A stretch of 64,000 nucleotides of DNA from an uncultured bacterium (GCA_965368975.1 CBDUPA010000011.1:64001-128000), one strand, 5' to 3'; positions 48,817 to 60,706 are shown, numbered from the stretch's first letter. Translations and numbers: made by a program. Notes: generated from the letters alone by a model not told the origin.

Positions 48817-48892
48817 TGGTGGGTCCACCAGGATTTGAACCTGGGACCAGCCGGTTATGAGCCGGATGCTCTGACCGCTGAGCTATGGACCC
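48817..48892 (-). tRNA. tRNA-Ile2 (CAT, lysidine-modified) most likely
   Basis: GGGTCCATAGCTCAG...CCGGCTCATAACCGG...GTTCAAATC...ACCA; body resembles Ile2 rather than Met. Confidence 0.85.
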
Positions 48893-48982
48893 AAGATGTC
48901 GGGGTGGGAGAGCGTAGCCTCCCTGATGTCCGGACTTTCCAGTATACCATCGCGACCGGCGGATCTGGGGACCCAGTGGCGA

Positions 48983-50470
48983 TTAGCGCCAGTGGGCGGC
49001 CTCGTGCGCGGGCGTACGCTCCCGGTCGAGGAAGGCGTGCCATCCGGAGGAGAGTTGAGCGTCGAGTTGCTGTAGCTTGTTGGCGTCGGTGACCGGCGTC
49101 GCAGGCCGGGAGCGGTCGCGGGACCAGCGTAGCAACTCTAGCCGCACGGGATCGCCGTTGCCCGTGAACGGTGGCGTCCGTTGAAAAGCCCGATCCAGCC
49201 GCCGGGTGGTCCGGCGTGCCTCTCTCAGTTGTGCGGAGTTTCTGCGACTTCGCTGCCCGTCCAAGCGTATCCGTATCCGGGCCGCATGGTAGTTGGGTTC
49301 CGGGGAGCTGAAGGGCACGCGGCGAAGCAGCTGAAAGCCATCGGCGTCGACCCAGGAGAAGAGGTTGAAGCCATTGGTCAGATACAACTCGGACAGGGCC
49401 CCGCCGGGTGCTTGTGTGAACAGGCTGGGCGCAACCGACGGAGGTACGCTGCCACCGGCACTCTCCACCAGAGTGGCCCACAGGCGGATCAGCGACACGG
49501 GCTCTTCGGTCGGCACGACCACTTCGTGAGCCACCTGGTCCTGCGGCAGCTGGATCAGCAAGGGCACCTGGATCGAGTCGCGATCAAGGTTGTGGCCATG
49601 GCCGAACTGCGCTCCTGCCAGCTGGGTTTCGCCGTGCTGGGGGTCCTCGTGCTGGGCCGCTCTGCCGAGGGCTTCCCCGTGCAGCGAAGTGACGACAATG
49701 ATGAAGCGATCGAGTTGCCCGCTGTCACCCAGCGCGTCGAGGAAGCGACCGATGCGGTGGTCCGTCCAGCTCACCGCCTGCCGGTAGAAGGCCTTCAACT
49801 CGGCAGCACGCACATCGGACATCGTCGCGGCCGGGTCCCAGTATGGCACCAGTTGGGCCTCGTTCAACTGCTTGGGAAGATCTCGAAGTTGCTCTAGCGT
49901 CGTGCCGGCTGCGAAGGCCGGTCGCTTGACGAAAGGAGGTTGCGGCTGGTCCAGGTGAAGCCAAAGAAACGTGGGGTCATCGCCGACTTCGGCCAGGTGC
50001 TGCAAGAGTCGCTGGTCGCGGTGCAGCCGATTGTAGTCGTCGAAGCCCTGGTGCGCACCGCGCCGCAGCTGCATCCAATAGCCCTCGACCCAGGCTTCGG
50101 TGTGGTAGCCCTCGGCCCCCAGGGCTTCCGCCAGGGTGACCAACCGTGGATCCAGGCGGGTACTGCCGCCAAACAGCACTTGATGCTGCCACGGCGATAG
50201 GCCGGTGAGCAGGGACACCAGAGACGGCACCGTAGCGCTCGAGGCGGCGACCGCAGTGCCCGACCATGCCGGGCTGTTGGCGAGTGCATCGAGCCGCGGG
50301 GTCAGACGCGGGCCGAGGGCGTCCGCGCGCAAGCCCGTCGTCGAGATCAGCAGAATATGCGGTGGCCTTGCAGCTGCCGGTGGCGACGAAGTGCAGCTAC
50401 TCAGGCTGGCAGCCAGGCAGCACAGCCAGCCAGCCAGCCATGCAGCCCGTCGGCGCCTCAGTCCCGGCAA
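48983..50470 (-). CDS. Sulfatase-like lipoprotein with degenerate metal ligands
   Basis: ISTTGLRAD, TVPSLVSLLTG, TSLHGE and QVPLLI. Confidence 0.75.
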   Translation of the reverse strand: MPGLRRRRAAWLAGWLCCLAASLSSCTSSPPAAARPPHILLISTTGLRADALGPRLTPRLDALANSPAWSGTAVAASSATVPSLVSLLTGLSPWQHQVLFGGSTRLDPRLVTLAEALGAEGYHTEAWVEGYWMQLRRGAHQGFDDYNRLHRDQRLLQHLAEVGDDPTFLWLHLDQPQPPFVKRPAFAAGTTLEQLRDLPKQLNEAQLVPYWDPAATMSDVRAAELKAFYRQAVSWTDHRIGRFLDALGDSGQLDRFIIVVTSLHGEALGRAAQHEDPQHGETQLAGAQFGHGHNLDRDSIQVPLLIQLPQDQVAHEVVVPTEEPVSLIRLWATLVESAGGSVPPSVAPSLFTQAPGGALSELYLTNGFNLFSWVDADGFQLLRRVPFSSPEPNYHAARIRIRLDGQRSRRNSAQLREARRTTRRLDRAFQRTPPFTGNGDPVRLELLRWSRDRSRPATPVTDANKLQQLDAQLSSGWHAFLDRERTPAHEAAHWR

Positions 50471-50490
50471 GGCATTCCTCGGCGAGGCGT

Positions 50491-52389
50491 TCAGATGCCC
50501 AGTACGGCAGCGTCACCGCCAGCGAGCATCCGGACCAGTTCCTCGTGGAAGAAGTCGGTGCTGTCGCGGATCTGCTCATCGACGCGCTCTACGTACATCT
50601 GCCGCGACCGGTCGATGTCTTCCTTCAGGGCGGCGTAGATATTGCCCTGGCTCCGCCCGGCTTCTACCTGCTCCTCGTTGTAGAGCTTGATCTCGCTCAC
50701 CAGGAGTCGAGCCAGACGGCGTGCGCGCTCTTTCTTCGCTTCCAACTCGCTGTCCTCCACGGAGCCAGCGGCAAAGGCGCGGCCCGGACCGTCGATGTCC
50801 TCCGGAGGTGCGACCAGGGCCCGAGCTCCGTCTCCACTCGCGGAACTCTCGGCCGCTGCAGGGACTGGCTTTTCAGGTGCGAGTTCTGGAGGGGCAGGAA
50901 CTTCGGCGGCGGCATCTACTCCGGCGGCTTCAACTGCGGCGGCTTCTGCGGCAGCGGTGGAGCCGGGGTGGGTCTCGTCGCCTTCATCGGTACTGGGAGG
51001 TGCCGGAGGCTGGGTGACGGTGCTGGTCTCCAGAGCGGCTGGCTCCGTAGCGGCTGGTTCCGTGATGGCGGGTTCTGCCACCGCGGGCTCTTCGGTTCCT
51101 CCGCCTGCAAGCTTGTCACGCTCTGCTTTCAGCTGCTCCTGCAGCTGAGCCTGATCCCAGCGCATCGTTGCCAGCGAGTCGTCCGGAGGCGGTGCAACGC
51201 TGCTCTCCTGCTGCGGCGGCGCGGGCGCGGTTGGAGCCGCGTCGGCCGAGGGCTCCAGCACTACCGGAGAGCTACCCTCGCCGCCTTCCGTCGGAACGAC
51301 TGCCTGTGCCGCAACTTCTGGTACCTCCGCGGTCGGTAGCGACGAGGCTTCCAGTTCGGTCGTCGGCTGGTCTTCCGGGCTCAGCAGTCCAGTCGGTTCC
51401 TCGGAGACGACATCAGCCGGTGTCGCAGCGGGTGGTTCCTCGACGATCGCTTCCGCCGTCACGACCTCCGCGGCGGCCGGCTTCTTGGCGCCGGCATCGT
51501 CGCGCTCGGAGACGGCCACGGTCGGCGCCTGCAGCGTGCAAGTCTGCTCGCGCTTGCGTAGCGGCAGTGATTCGATCGCCAGTGCCGAGATGTGCACCAG
51601 CAGTTGCAGCGCGGCGACGTCGAGAACTCCACCTTCGGCACGGTCGGCGTACACGACGCCGGCGACCTTGTCGCGCAGCACAAGCGGAATCAAGACACCG
51701 GCGACACCGGCGTCGACGTCCAGCAGAGTGGCGAAGCGGCCGCAACCCTCTCCGGTCAGACCAACGCAGGCGTCCCCTCTCAGGATTTCGCCGAGCGCCG
51801 GGTCACTGCCGGCAGCGATCGAGTGGTTGCGCAGCTTGGCGCCGTCGTCACTGAAGCCGCGGCTGTTCCAGCCCATGAAGCCATCGCCGCGCGCCAGGAA
51901 AACGGCAGCGCGACCCGAGAAATGGGCGCTCTCGTGGATCAGGGCGTCGAGGATCTGCTGCTGCCGCTTCTTGGCTTCCGTGGGCGCCCTGTCGATGGCG
52001 GCTACGGCGGCCAACAGTCGTGCCGAGGCTCGACCCTCGTCTGCATCACCACTGGCGCTACCGGCCCGGGCACTGTCTGCAAGCGCAGCCAGCTCTTCGC
52101 TGCCCTCTAGGTTCTCGGGAACCGTGGCCGAGGTCTGTGCCAGGTGTTCACGCAGTGCGTCGATGCCCTGCCGCAGGTGCTTGCCGACGTTCTGGCGCAG
52201 ATCTTCCACACTGTGCCGCAGGTGCTCGTCGACGGCTTGGTGGATCTCGTCCGTGCTGTGTTCCAGCTGATCGTTGAGCCGGCTCTGGAGGTCGCCGACA
52301 AGGCGACGCACCAGCCCGGCGATGCGCTGGTCCAGATCGTGAGATTGCTGCTCTTCGAGTTCCATCCTACCGCCTTGGTCCAGTGACAT
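50491..52389 (-). CDS. Hypothetical protein: coiled coil, GAF-like domain, acidic P/E/A linker, conserved-looking C-terminal helical domain
   Basis: LIPLVLRDKVAGVVYAD (GAF-like); ARRLARLLVSEIKLYNE C-terminus. Confidence 0.75.
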   Translation of the reverse strand: MSLDQGGRMELEEQQSHDLDQRIAGLVRRLVGDLQSRLNDQLEHSTDEIHQAVDEHLRHSVEDLRQNVGKHLRQGIDALREHLAQTSATVPENLEGSEELAALADSARAGSASGDADEGRASARLLAAVAAIDRAPTEAKKRQQQILDALIHESAHFSGRAAVFLARGDGFMGWNSRGFSDDGAKLRNHSIAAGSDPALGEILRGDACVGLTGEGCGRFATLLDVDAGVAGVLIPLVLRDKVAGVVYADRAEGGVLDVAALQLLVHISALAIESLPLRKREQTCTLQAPTVAVSERDDAGAKKPAAAEVVTAEAIVEEPPAATPADVVSEEPTGLLSPEDQPTTELEASSLPTAEVPEVAAQAVVPTEGGEGSSPVVLEPSADAAPTAPAPPQQESSVAPPPDDSLATMRWDQAQLQEQLKAERDKLAGGGTEEPAVAEPAITEPAATEPAALETSTVTQPPAPPSTDEGDETHPGSTAAAEAAAVEAAGVDAAAEVPAPPELAPEKPVPAAAESSASGDGARALVAPPEDIDGPGRAFAAGSVEDSELEAKKERARRLARLLVSEIKLYNEEQVEAGRSQGNIYAALKEDIDRSRQMYVERVDEQIRDSTDFFHEELVRMLAGGDAAVLGI

Positions 52390-52611
52390 TCAGTCTCCCT
52401 CGCAAAGAATGCGCGAAGACAAAGGATTATTTTGGAGCGGACGCCTCATGTCAAGGAGCCTACCACCCGGCCGACCTTGCCAAGTCTATGTGATTTCGTC
52501 TCTTGCGCACCACTCGTGCGGTGTCCCGGCGAAGGGTCGGCCACGCCTTGTCGCGTTCCCTGCGCCTATGGTACCTTGACAGCCTTGATTAGCGACAGGA
52601 GGCGAATCGAT

Positions 52612-53415
52612 ATGTACCGCGTTTTGAGCCGAATGAACGTCCTAGCCCCGGCCTCTCTCTGCCTGGTCCTGGCTTCTGTGTTGGCCTGCGGCCCCAGCGG
52701 GCCGACCGAGGAAGAGATTGCCGCCGCCCGCGACGCGGACGTGGTGGAAGCAGAACAGGCCAAGAAGGCCCTGGAGGACCTGCGTGCAGAGCAGGCCGAG
52801 CTGCGCACCAAGCTGGAAGGCGAAGTCGAAGAAGGTGCCGAAGAGGTCGAAGAGCTGACCGACGAGGCCCGCCAGGGATTGCAAGCGCAGATTGACGCTC
52901 TGGATCTCAAGATCGATGAAGCGGCCGAGCAGCTAGGGGCGCTGATCGCGGAGAAGGTCAACGCCAATCCGCCGATTCAGGGTGAGCCACTCGACCCGTA
53001 CCAGCAGCGTCTGATCGACATCAAGGTCGACGAGGATCTGATGACGGCGCAGGAGTGGATCGACAAGGGCGGTGACTACGCCAAGGCGATCAACATCTAC
53101 CAGTCCCTGCTGCCTCTCGATCCTGACAACGAGCGGGTCAATGCCGCGCTCGAGGCTGCCGAGGCGGACCGCTTCATGACGGAAGAGCGGTTCTCGCAGC
53201 TGAAGAAGGGGATGTCGGAAGACGAGGTCCGGGAAATCCTTGGACCGGTCAACCTGCGCAACATCCGTCCGTATACGGATCGCGGCGTCACCCTGTGGCT
53301 GTACCTACGCGAGGATGGGAATGCTGCCGGCGTCTACTTCCGCGAGAGGCGCGGCAAGCAGGCTGTCTATAGTTTCGACTTCGACGCCGTTGTGAAGGAC
53401 GAAGAGTCCGAGTAA
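52612..53415 (+). CDS. Lipoprotein with TPR-like helix and BamE/SmpA-like domain
   Basis: GGAGG RBS; VLAC lipobox; FSQLKKGMSEDEVREILG. Confidence 0.75.
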   Translation: MYRVLSRMNVLAPASLCLVLASVLACGPSGPTEEEIAAARDADVVEAEQAKKALEDLRAEQAELRTKLEGEVEEGAEEVEELTDEARQGLQAQIDALDLKIDEAAEQLGALIAEKVNANPPIQGEPLDPYQQRLIDIKVDEDLMTAQEWIDKGGDYAKAINIYQSLLPLDPDNERVNAALEAAEADRFMTEERFSQLKKGMSEDEVREILGPVNLRNIRPYTDRGVTLWLYLREDGNAAGVYFRERRGKQAVYSFDFDAVVKDEESE

Positions 53416-53441
53416 CGGCTACGGCGGTGGGGCCGGCGTCC

Positions 53442-53469
53442 TTGACTCCGAGTCGGTGCCGGCTATAAT
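53442..53469 (+). promoter_or_regulatory. Sigma70 promoter of rpsU
   Basis: TTGACT-16-TATAAT. Confidence 0.75.
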
Positions 53470-53586
53470 CGTCAGTCCTGCTCTCCACGTCTCCATGCGG
53501 AGGTCGTGAAGAGCGGCAAAGATCGAGCAGATTCAGCGAGAGCAGAGGCTGCGACGAAATCCAGCACAAAGAGAGGTGAATAGCCA

Positions 53587-53796
53587 GTGCCCGTAGTGCA
53601 AGTGCGCGATGAGGAAAGCTTCGAGAACGCTCTGCGCCGCTTCAAGCGCAAGGTCGAGAAGGCCGGTGTGCTGACCGAGCTTCGCAAGCGTCAACACTTC
53701 GAGAAGCCGTCCGTGAAGCGCAAGCGTAAGACCATGCAGGCGCGCAAGAAGATGTTGCGCAAACTCATGGAAGAACGAAGGGCGGGTCTAGCCTGA
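53587..53796 (+). CDS. rpsU: 30S ribosomal protein S21
   Basis: [12 protein letters not shown]...FEKPSVKRK; GAGGTG RBS. Confidence 0.97.
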   Translation: MPVVQVRDEESFENALRRFKRKVEKAGVLTELRKRQHFEKPSVKRKRKTMQARKKMLRKLMEERRAGLA

Positions 53797-53899
53797 GCTA
53801 TGTAGGCCCCTGAGGCCTACACGTACGAGCCGGGCGGAACCCGTCTTCAATGACGGTTCGCACCGGTACCGGTCGACGCAAGCGCGTCGCCGGGTCTGG

Positions 53900-53933
53900 G
53901 GGAGCCGGAAATTTCGGCTCCCTTTTCCTTTTT
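53900..53933 (+). terminator. Intrinsic terminator between rpsU and mutS2
   Basis: GGGAGCCG/CGGCTCCC stem followed by TTTTCCTTTTT. Confidence 0.8.
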
Positions 53934-53952
53934 CGCCCACAAGGTACCGCCC

Positions 53953-56433
53953 ATGCGCCCCGCCTCACCCAGCCCGATCTCCCCGAGCACCGAGACCGCG
54001 ACTCCGTCCTCGCCGGCCACACTCTCACCGGCAACACTGAACTCACTCGAGTTGCCCTCGTTGCTGGCGGTGCTGTCCACTTATGCTGCCACGGACCTCG
54101 GCCGCGAGCGCACCACGGGCCTGCTGCCAGCGGTCGACGAAGACGACCTGCACCGTCGGCGGCAGCGCTATGCCGAGGTGCAGCGCTTGCAGGCTGTGGA
54201 CGGCCGCCTGGTACCCTCCTCCGAGGACGTCTACCGCGACATCCTGGATGGTCTCGATGCTGGCCGTGGTCAGATCCTGGGTCTTCATCTCGTGCGTCTG
54301 GGCAACCTGCTGCAGACTACTCAGCGCGCCTGTCAGCGTATCCTGGACGCCGACCCCGCGTGCGAGGCGCTGGCGCAGTGGGCGCAGCCGTTGCCCGACC
54401 TCAGCGACCTGAGCCGGCGTCTGAACCGATCGCTGGATCGTCGTGGTGAGGTGCGTGACGATGCCAGTCCAGAGTTGGTGCGGCTGCGCGGCCAGATCCG
54501 CAAGGTGCGCGACGGTCTCTACCAGCAGCTGACGAGCTACGTCAGCGAGCACCGGGACCTGCTGAGCGAAGACACCATCCCGATGCGCGGCGGTCGCCTG
54601 GTGCTGACCCTGCAAGCCGGTTCCCGCGGTCGTCAGCCCGGGTTGACGCACGGTCGCTCTGGTACCGGCAAGAGCTTCTACTTCGAGCCGCTCTCCGTGG
54701 TCGAGCCCAACAATCAGCTGCAGCAAGCGGTGGAGGACGAAGCGGCCGAGCGCCAGCGCATCCTGGCGCAGTTGCTGCAGGACGTGCGGGCGGTCTTGCC
54801 GGACCTGCATCAGCATGCCGATTTCCTCGCTGAGCTCGATTTGCAGCAAGCCGCCGGCCGCTTCGCCGAGTTGTGCGATGGTCGCCAGGCAGATCTGGCC
54901 GGTCGCCACGAACTGTGCTTGCGCTCGGCGCGCCACCCCTTGCTCGATCCGGTCTTTGCCGCGGCGCGCGAGCAGGTTCTGGGAACCAGTGGACACACCG
55001 GTGCCGTGGTGCCGCTCGACTTCGAGATGACGCCGCGCTGTACGTCCCTGGTGGTCACCGGTCCCAATGCCGGCGGCAAGACGGTCGCGCTCAAGACCGT
55101 CGGTCTGCTGGCCGCCGCGACCTTGTGTGGTCTGCCGATTCCGGCCGCGACCGGCACTCGTGTTCCCTTTCTGCGCGCGCTGGTCGCGACCGTCGGTGAT
55201 GATCAAGACTTGCTGGCGGACCGCTCCACCTTCAGCGGACGCTTGCTGCGCCTGAAGGAGGCCTGGTCCGCGGCCGGCCCTGATGCCCTCCTGCTGCTCG
55301 ACGAACTGGGCTCCGGCACCGATCCTGCGGAAGGTGCGGCGCTCGGAACGTCGCTGCTCGAGGGTCTGCTCGAGCGCCAGGCGCTGACCCTCATCACCAC
55401 CCACCTGACACCGGTTGCCGCGGCAGCGATGGAACTCGACGGCGCCGGCTGTGCTGCCATGGAGATGAGTGCCGAGGGCGACCCGACCTTCCATCTCGTG
55501 CCTGGTCCCCCTGGCGGCAGCGAGGCGATCTCGCTGGCACGTCGCTTGGGATTGCCCACCGCCTGGCTCGATCGCGCGGAGGCCCGGCTGGGTGAAGAGC
55601 ACCGTGACCTGAGACGTTTGCTGGCCGAGCTCGAGGACCTGCGTCACCAGGTTGCCGAAGAGCGCGACCAACTACGCCAGGAACGCGAGGATGCAGACAA
55701 GTTACGTCGGCGCCTCGCCGAGCAAGAGTCCGAGTTGCGACGCGAGCGCAAGCGGGTCGGTCAACGTTTGCAGAGCGAGCTGGAAGATTTTCGTCAGCAC
55801 GTGCGCCAGCGCCTGGGCGACGAGGTCGAACAGCTGCGCGGCGAGCTGGAAGCCGGCCGCCGACGCGGGCTCGAGGCCAAAGCCGTCGAGCGACTGTTCG
55901 AGGAAGCACCCCAGCTGCACGAGCCGGAGCCGGAACCCGAAGGGCCGCTGGTTGTCGGTAGCCAAGTCCGGCATCGCCGCCTCGGCTGGCGCGGTCGCCT
56001 GGAGAGCGTGGATGGGGATCGCGCCGAAGTTGGCGTCCTGGGCAAGCGGCTCCGCTGCTCGGCTGGAGACCTGGTCCCGGTTGCTGCCAACGTGGAGAGC
56101 GCCAAAACGAAGGTCAGCGGTCGACCGAGCCAGAAGGTGAAGAAATCCAACTCTCGCCCCGGCCGCGACCTCGAGGCGATGGCCTCCGGGCCACCCGAAC
56201 TCAACCTGATCGGACAGCGTGTCGAGTCGGCACTGGAGCAACTGGATCGCTATCTCGACCAAGCCCTGCTCGGTGCCGCCGAGGAAATTCGCATCGTCCA
56301 TGGCCACGGCTCCGGCCGTCTACGCCGGGCGGTGCGCGAACACCTGCGCGGTCATCCAGCGGTTGCCACGTCGCGGCCGGGCAAGGGCAACGAAGGCGGC
56401 GATGGAGCCACCGTCGTGTCTCTGCGTGGCTGA
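53953..56433 (+). CDS. mutS2: MutS2 (ATPase plus Smr)
   Basis: ARHPLL, GPNAGGKT, STFS, DELGSGTDP and IVHGHGSG Smr. Confidence 0.93.
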   Translation: MRPASPSPISPSTETATPSSPATLSPATLNSLELPSLLAVLSTYAATDLGRERTTGLLPAVDEDDLHRRRQRYAEVQRLQAVDGRLVPSSEDVYRDILDGLDAGRGQILGLHLVRLGNLLQTTQRACQRILDADPACEALAQWAQPLPDLSDLSRRLNRSLDRRGEVRDDASPELVRLRGQIRKVRDGLYQQLTSYVSEHRDLLSEDTIPMRGGRLVLTLQAGSRGRQPGLTHGRSGTGKSFYFEPLSVVEPNNQLQQAVEDEAAERQRILAQLLQDVRAVLPDLHQHADFLAELDLQQAAGRFAELCDGRQADLAGRHELCLRSARHPLLDPVFAAAREQVLGTSGHTGAVVPLDFEMTPRCTSLVVTGPNAGGKTVALKTVGLLAAATLCGLPIPAATGTRVPFLRALVATVGDDQDLLADRSTFSGRLLRLKEAWSAAGPDALLLLDELGSGTDPAEGAALGTSLLEGLLERQALTLITTHLTPVAAAAMELDGAGCAAMEMSAEGDPTFHLVPGPPGGSEAISLARRLGLPTAWLDRAEARLGEEHRDLRRLLAELEDLRHQVAEERDQLRQEREDADKLRRRLAEQESELRRERKRVGQRLQSELEDFRQHVRQRLGDEVEQLRGELEAGRRRGLEAKAVERLFEEAPQLHEPEPEPEGPLVVGSQVRHRRLGWRGRLESVDGDRAEVGVLGKRLRCSAGDLVPVAANVESAKTKVSGRPSQKVKKSNSRPGRDLEAMASGPPELNLIGQRVESALEQLDRYLDQALLGAAEEIRIVHGHGSGRLRRAVREHLRGHPAVATSRPGKGNEGGDGATVVSLRG

Positions 56434-56445
56434 GGGGACGAGATC

Positions 56446-58233
56446 GTGTCGCTGAGCAACGTCCACTTGACGCCGCAGCTGATCCAGGCGGTGCGCGACG
56501 TGGTCAGCATCGTGGACATTGCCGGTGACCACACCAAGCTCCGCAAAGCAGGGCGGCAGTATGAGGGCCTGTGCCCAATGCACAAGGAAAAGACGCCGTC
56601 CTTCAGCATCGATCCGGACAAGGGCGTCTACTACTGCTTCGGCTGCGGCAGCGGTGGGGACGCCATCGGCTTGCACATGCAAGTCACCGGCGACGACTTC
56701 CCGACCGCCATCGAGACGCTGGCTCGTCGCTACGGCATCCCACTGCCCAAGGCTCCGGCGCGGCGCCCGGGTGGTGCTCCTGAGGCTCCGGACCTGACCA
56801 CCGCGCTGGAGGCGGCCTGCGACTTCTACCGCGAGCAGTTGCAGCGTCAAGAGCTGCCACGTCGCTACCTGGCCGAGCGTCGCGTGCCAGCGGAACTGGT
56901 CGAGCAGTTCGCCCTCGGCTACGCACCGGACGGTTGGCGCAACCTGCTCCAAGCGCTGACGCCGCAGATCCCGGCCAAGCAGCTTCTGGCGGCTGGACTG
57001 GTGGCGACCTCCGAGCGCAGCCGCGATCCCTACGATCGCTTCCGCCACCGTCTGATCTTCCCCATCCGTGCCGCCTCGGGCCGCCTGGTCGGCTTCGGGG
57101 GGCGCACCCTGGGCGACGACAAGGCCAAGTACATCAACACCGCCGAAACCGACCAGTTCCACAAGAGTCGACTGCTCTACGGGCTTCACGAAGCGCGCAA
57201 GGAGCTGCGCGAGAGCCAGTGCGCGGTGCTGGTCGAGGGCTATTTTGACGTCATCAGCTGCGCTGCCGTCGGGCTGCCTGCCGTCGCCAGCATGGGCACG
57301 TCCCTGACAGAAGAGCAGACCCGCCTGCTCAGCCGCTACGTCGACGTCGTCGTGGTCGGCTATGATGGCGATCGCGCCGGCGAGACCGCACACCAGCGTG
57401 CACTGCCCCTGCTGTTGGGCGCGGGCTTCGAAGTTCGGCGCGCCCAGTTCGGGGATGGACACGATCCCGACTCGCTACGCCTGGAGGCCGGCGAGGCGGC
57501 GGTGGTCGATGCGATCGAGCAGGCGCGCGATTCCGTTGACTTGGAGGTGCGGCGTCTGGCGTCGGGGCAGGTGCGGCACGACCCGAACCAGCAAGCGCGC
57601 GCCGCCAACGAAGTCGTCGACCTGCTGCGCTCCATCCCCGATTCCATCAAGCGCAGCGGCTACGGCCGGCGTGCCGCTCATGAGCTGGACATTCCGGAAG
57701 CGCTTCTGACGCGCCGGCTGGGGACGACCGGCGGCCGAGACGAAGGTCCGCCTCCGCCATCTGCAAGATCTTCCGCCGGACCGCCGCGTCGCGAAACGCG
57801 TAGCCTGGAAGCGCAGATTCTCAGTCGACTGTTGAATGGTGATGCCGTCCCGGACCTGGAACGGTTGCCGCCGGCCGAAGCTTTCTTCGAACTCGCGAGC
57901 CGTGACCTCTACCGCGCCTTTCTGCAGTCCTACGCCACCACTGGCAAGCCGCCGACAGCACAGCAGCTACCCGCGCAGCTGCCGCCGGGTGGTACCGAGA
58001 TGCAGCATCTCTCGCGTATCCTGGTAGAGGGTCGAGAAACCGATGCATCCGGCGGGCTGACGCGCACGCTCGGAGAGCTACTGGAGACTCTACGTTCCCG
58101 TTGGGGGCGTCAGAGGCAGCGCGAGCTGGCGCGCGAAATTGAAAATGCCGACCAACGTGGTGACCGCGAAGCCCTGCAGCGGTTGATCGATGAAAAGCGT
58201 CAATTAACGCGAAAGCTACATTCACACGGGTGA
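56446..58233 (+). CDS. dnaG: DNA primase
   Basis: CPMHKEKTPSF...CFGC, FGGR, KYINT, VEGYFD and YDGD. Confidence 0.97.
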   Translation: MSLSNVHLTPQLIQAVRDVVSIVDIAGDHTKLRKAGRQYEGLCPMHKEKTPSFSIDPDKGVYYCFGCGSGGDAIGLHMQVTGDDFPTAIETLARRYGIPLPKAPARRPGGAPEAPDLTTALEAACDFYREQLQRQELPRRYLAERRVPAELVEQFALGYAPDGWRNLLQALTPQIPAKQLLAAGLVATSERSRDPYDRFRHRLIFPIRAASGRLVGFGGRTLGDDKAKYINTAETDQFHKSRLLYGLHEARKELRESQCAVLVEGYFDVISCAAVGLPAVASMGTSLTEEQTRLLSRYVDVVVVGYDGDRAGETAHQRALPLLLGAGFEVRRAQFGDGHDPDSLRLEAGEAAVVDAIEQARDSVDLEVRRLASGQVRHDPNQQARAANEVVDLLRSIPDSIKRSGYGRRAAHELDIPEALLTRRLGTTGGRDEGPPPPSARSSAGPPRRETRSLEAQILSRLLNGDAVPDLERLPPAEAFFELASRDLYRAFLQSYATTGKPPTAQQLPAQLPPGGTEMQHLSRILVEGRETDASGGLTRTLGELLETLRSRWGRQRQRELAREIENADQRGDREALQRLIDEKRQLTRKLHSHG

Positions 58234-58821
58234 TTCCACTGGCGGCAAGAGCTAGACGCTCGCGGATGGGACCAATTGCCGCCTCCCACGCATTTTTACC
58301 AGACAGGGAGGAGAAACCCTATCCACTATTCTGGCGATATCTGCAGCTTCGTTCTTGATCCAGAGGGCAGATCTATGTTAAGAAAGTCTTCTGGTTCGGG
58401 CGCAGTGTCTCCAATCCCCAAACAGGAACCTCGACGACATTGCGTACAGGACCAAATCTCATTCCATCGCGAGGCCCTGTCTTGATCCCAACAGAGGGCT
58501 TTGCCCCGAGTGAATACAGCGCGAGTTGACGGCCGAAACTGGAAACGCTGAATCGACGAAAGCCAGAGCTGAAAAACCAGCGAGTGCCGAGGCTACGGCC
58601 TGCCTCGGATTCGCAATGAACAGGCAGCTCCGAGCGCCAAGCTCCGTTCGACTGCGATCTGGGATTCTCAACGAACACGGCATCGAATGCCGAAACCGAT
58701 CAACCTTCCTTCGTGGAGGTTGCGGACCCCACACCCGAGAATCCTCGACACCGCTTCCCCTGAACGAGAGCCGCACCGGATACGGAGCGGAAGCCACTAG
58801 GCGAAACGTGGGGGAACCAAC

Positions 58822-60534
<1,713 letters not shown>

Positions 60535-60583
60535 GCCTATCGAAGCGTCTGCCCTAGAGCCGAGCCACAAAGGCACTTCGGCG

Positions 60584-60612
60584 TTGACAACCAGGGCGGG
60601 GATACGTACAAT
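60584..60612 (+). promoter_or_regulatory. Sigma70 promoter of tRNA-Asn
   Basis: TTGACA-17-TACAAT. Confidence 0.85.
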
Positions 60613-60631
60613 CTCCGCCCTGGATCTGTGA

Positions 60632-60706
60632 TCCCCGGTAGCTCAATGGTAGAGCATTCGGCTGTTAACCGACAGGTTGGGGGTTCAAGTCCCTCCCGGG
60701 GAGCCA
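60632..60706 (+). tRNA. tRNA-Asn (GTT)
   Basis: TCCCCGGTAGCTCAATGG...CTGTTAA...GTTCAAGTC...GCCA. Confidence 0.97.

Noticed and set aside
48568-48828. 86-aa ORF between tRNA-Ile2 and the Zn-ribbon gene
   Set aside because: Starts inside the tRNA and consists largely of the 15-bp repeat; not supported as a gene
48817-48892. Second tRNA-Met
   Set aside because: CAT anticodon, but the body matches Ile2-type tRNAs and lacks initiator features; tRNAscan-SE isotype models would confirm
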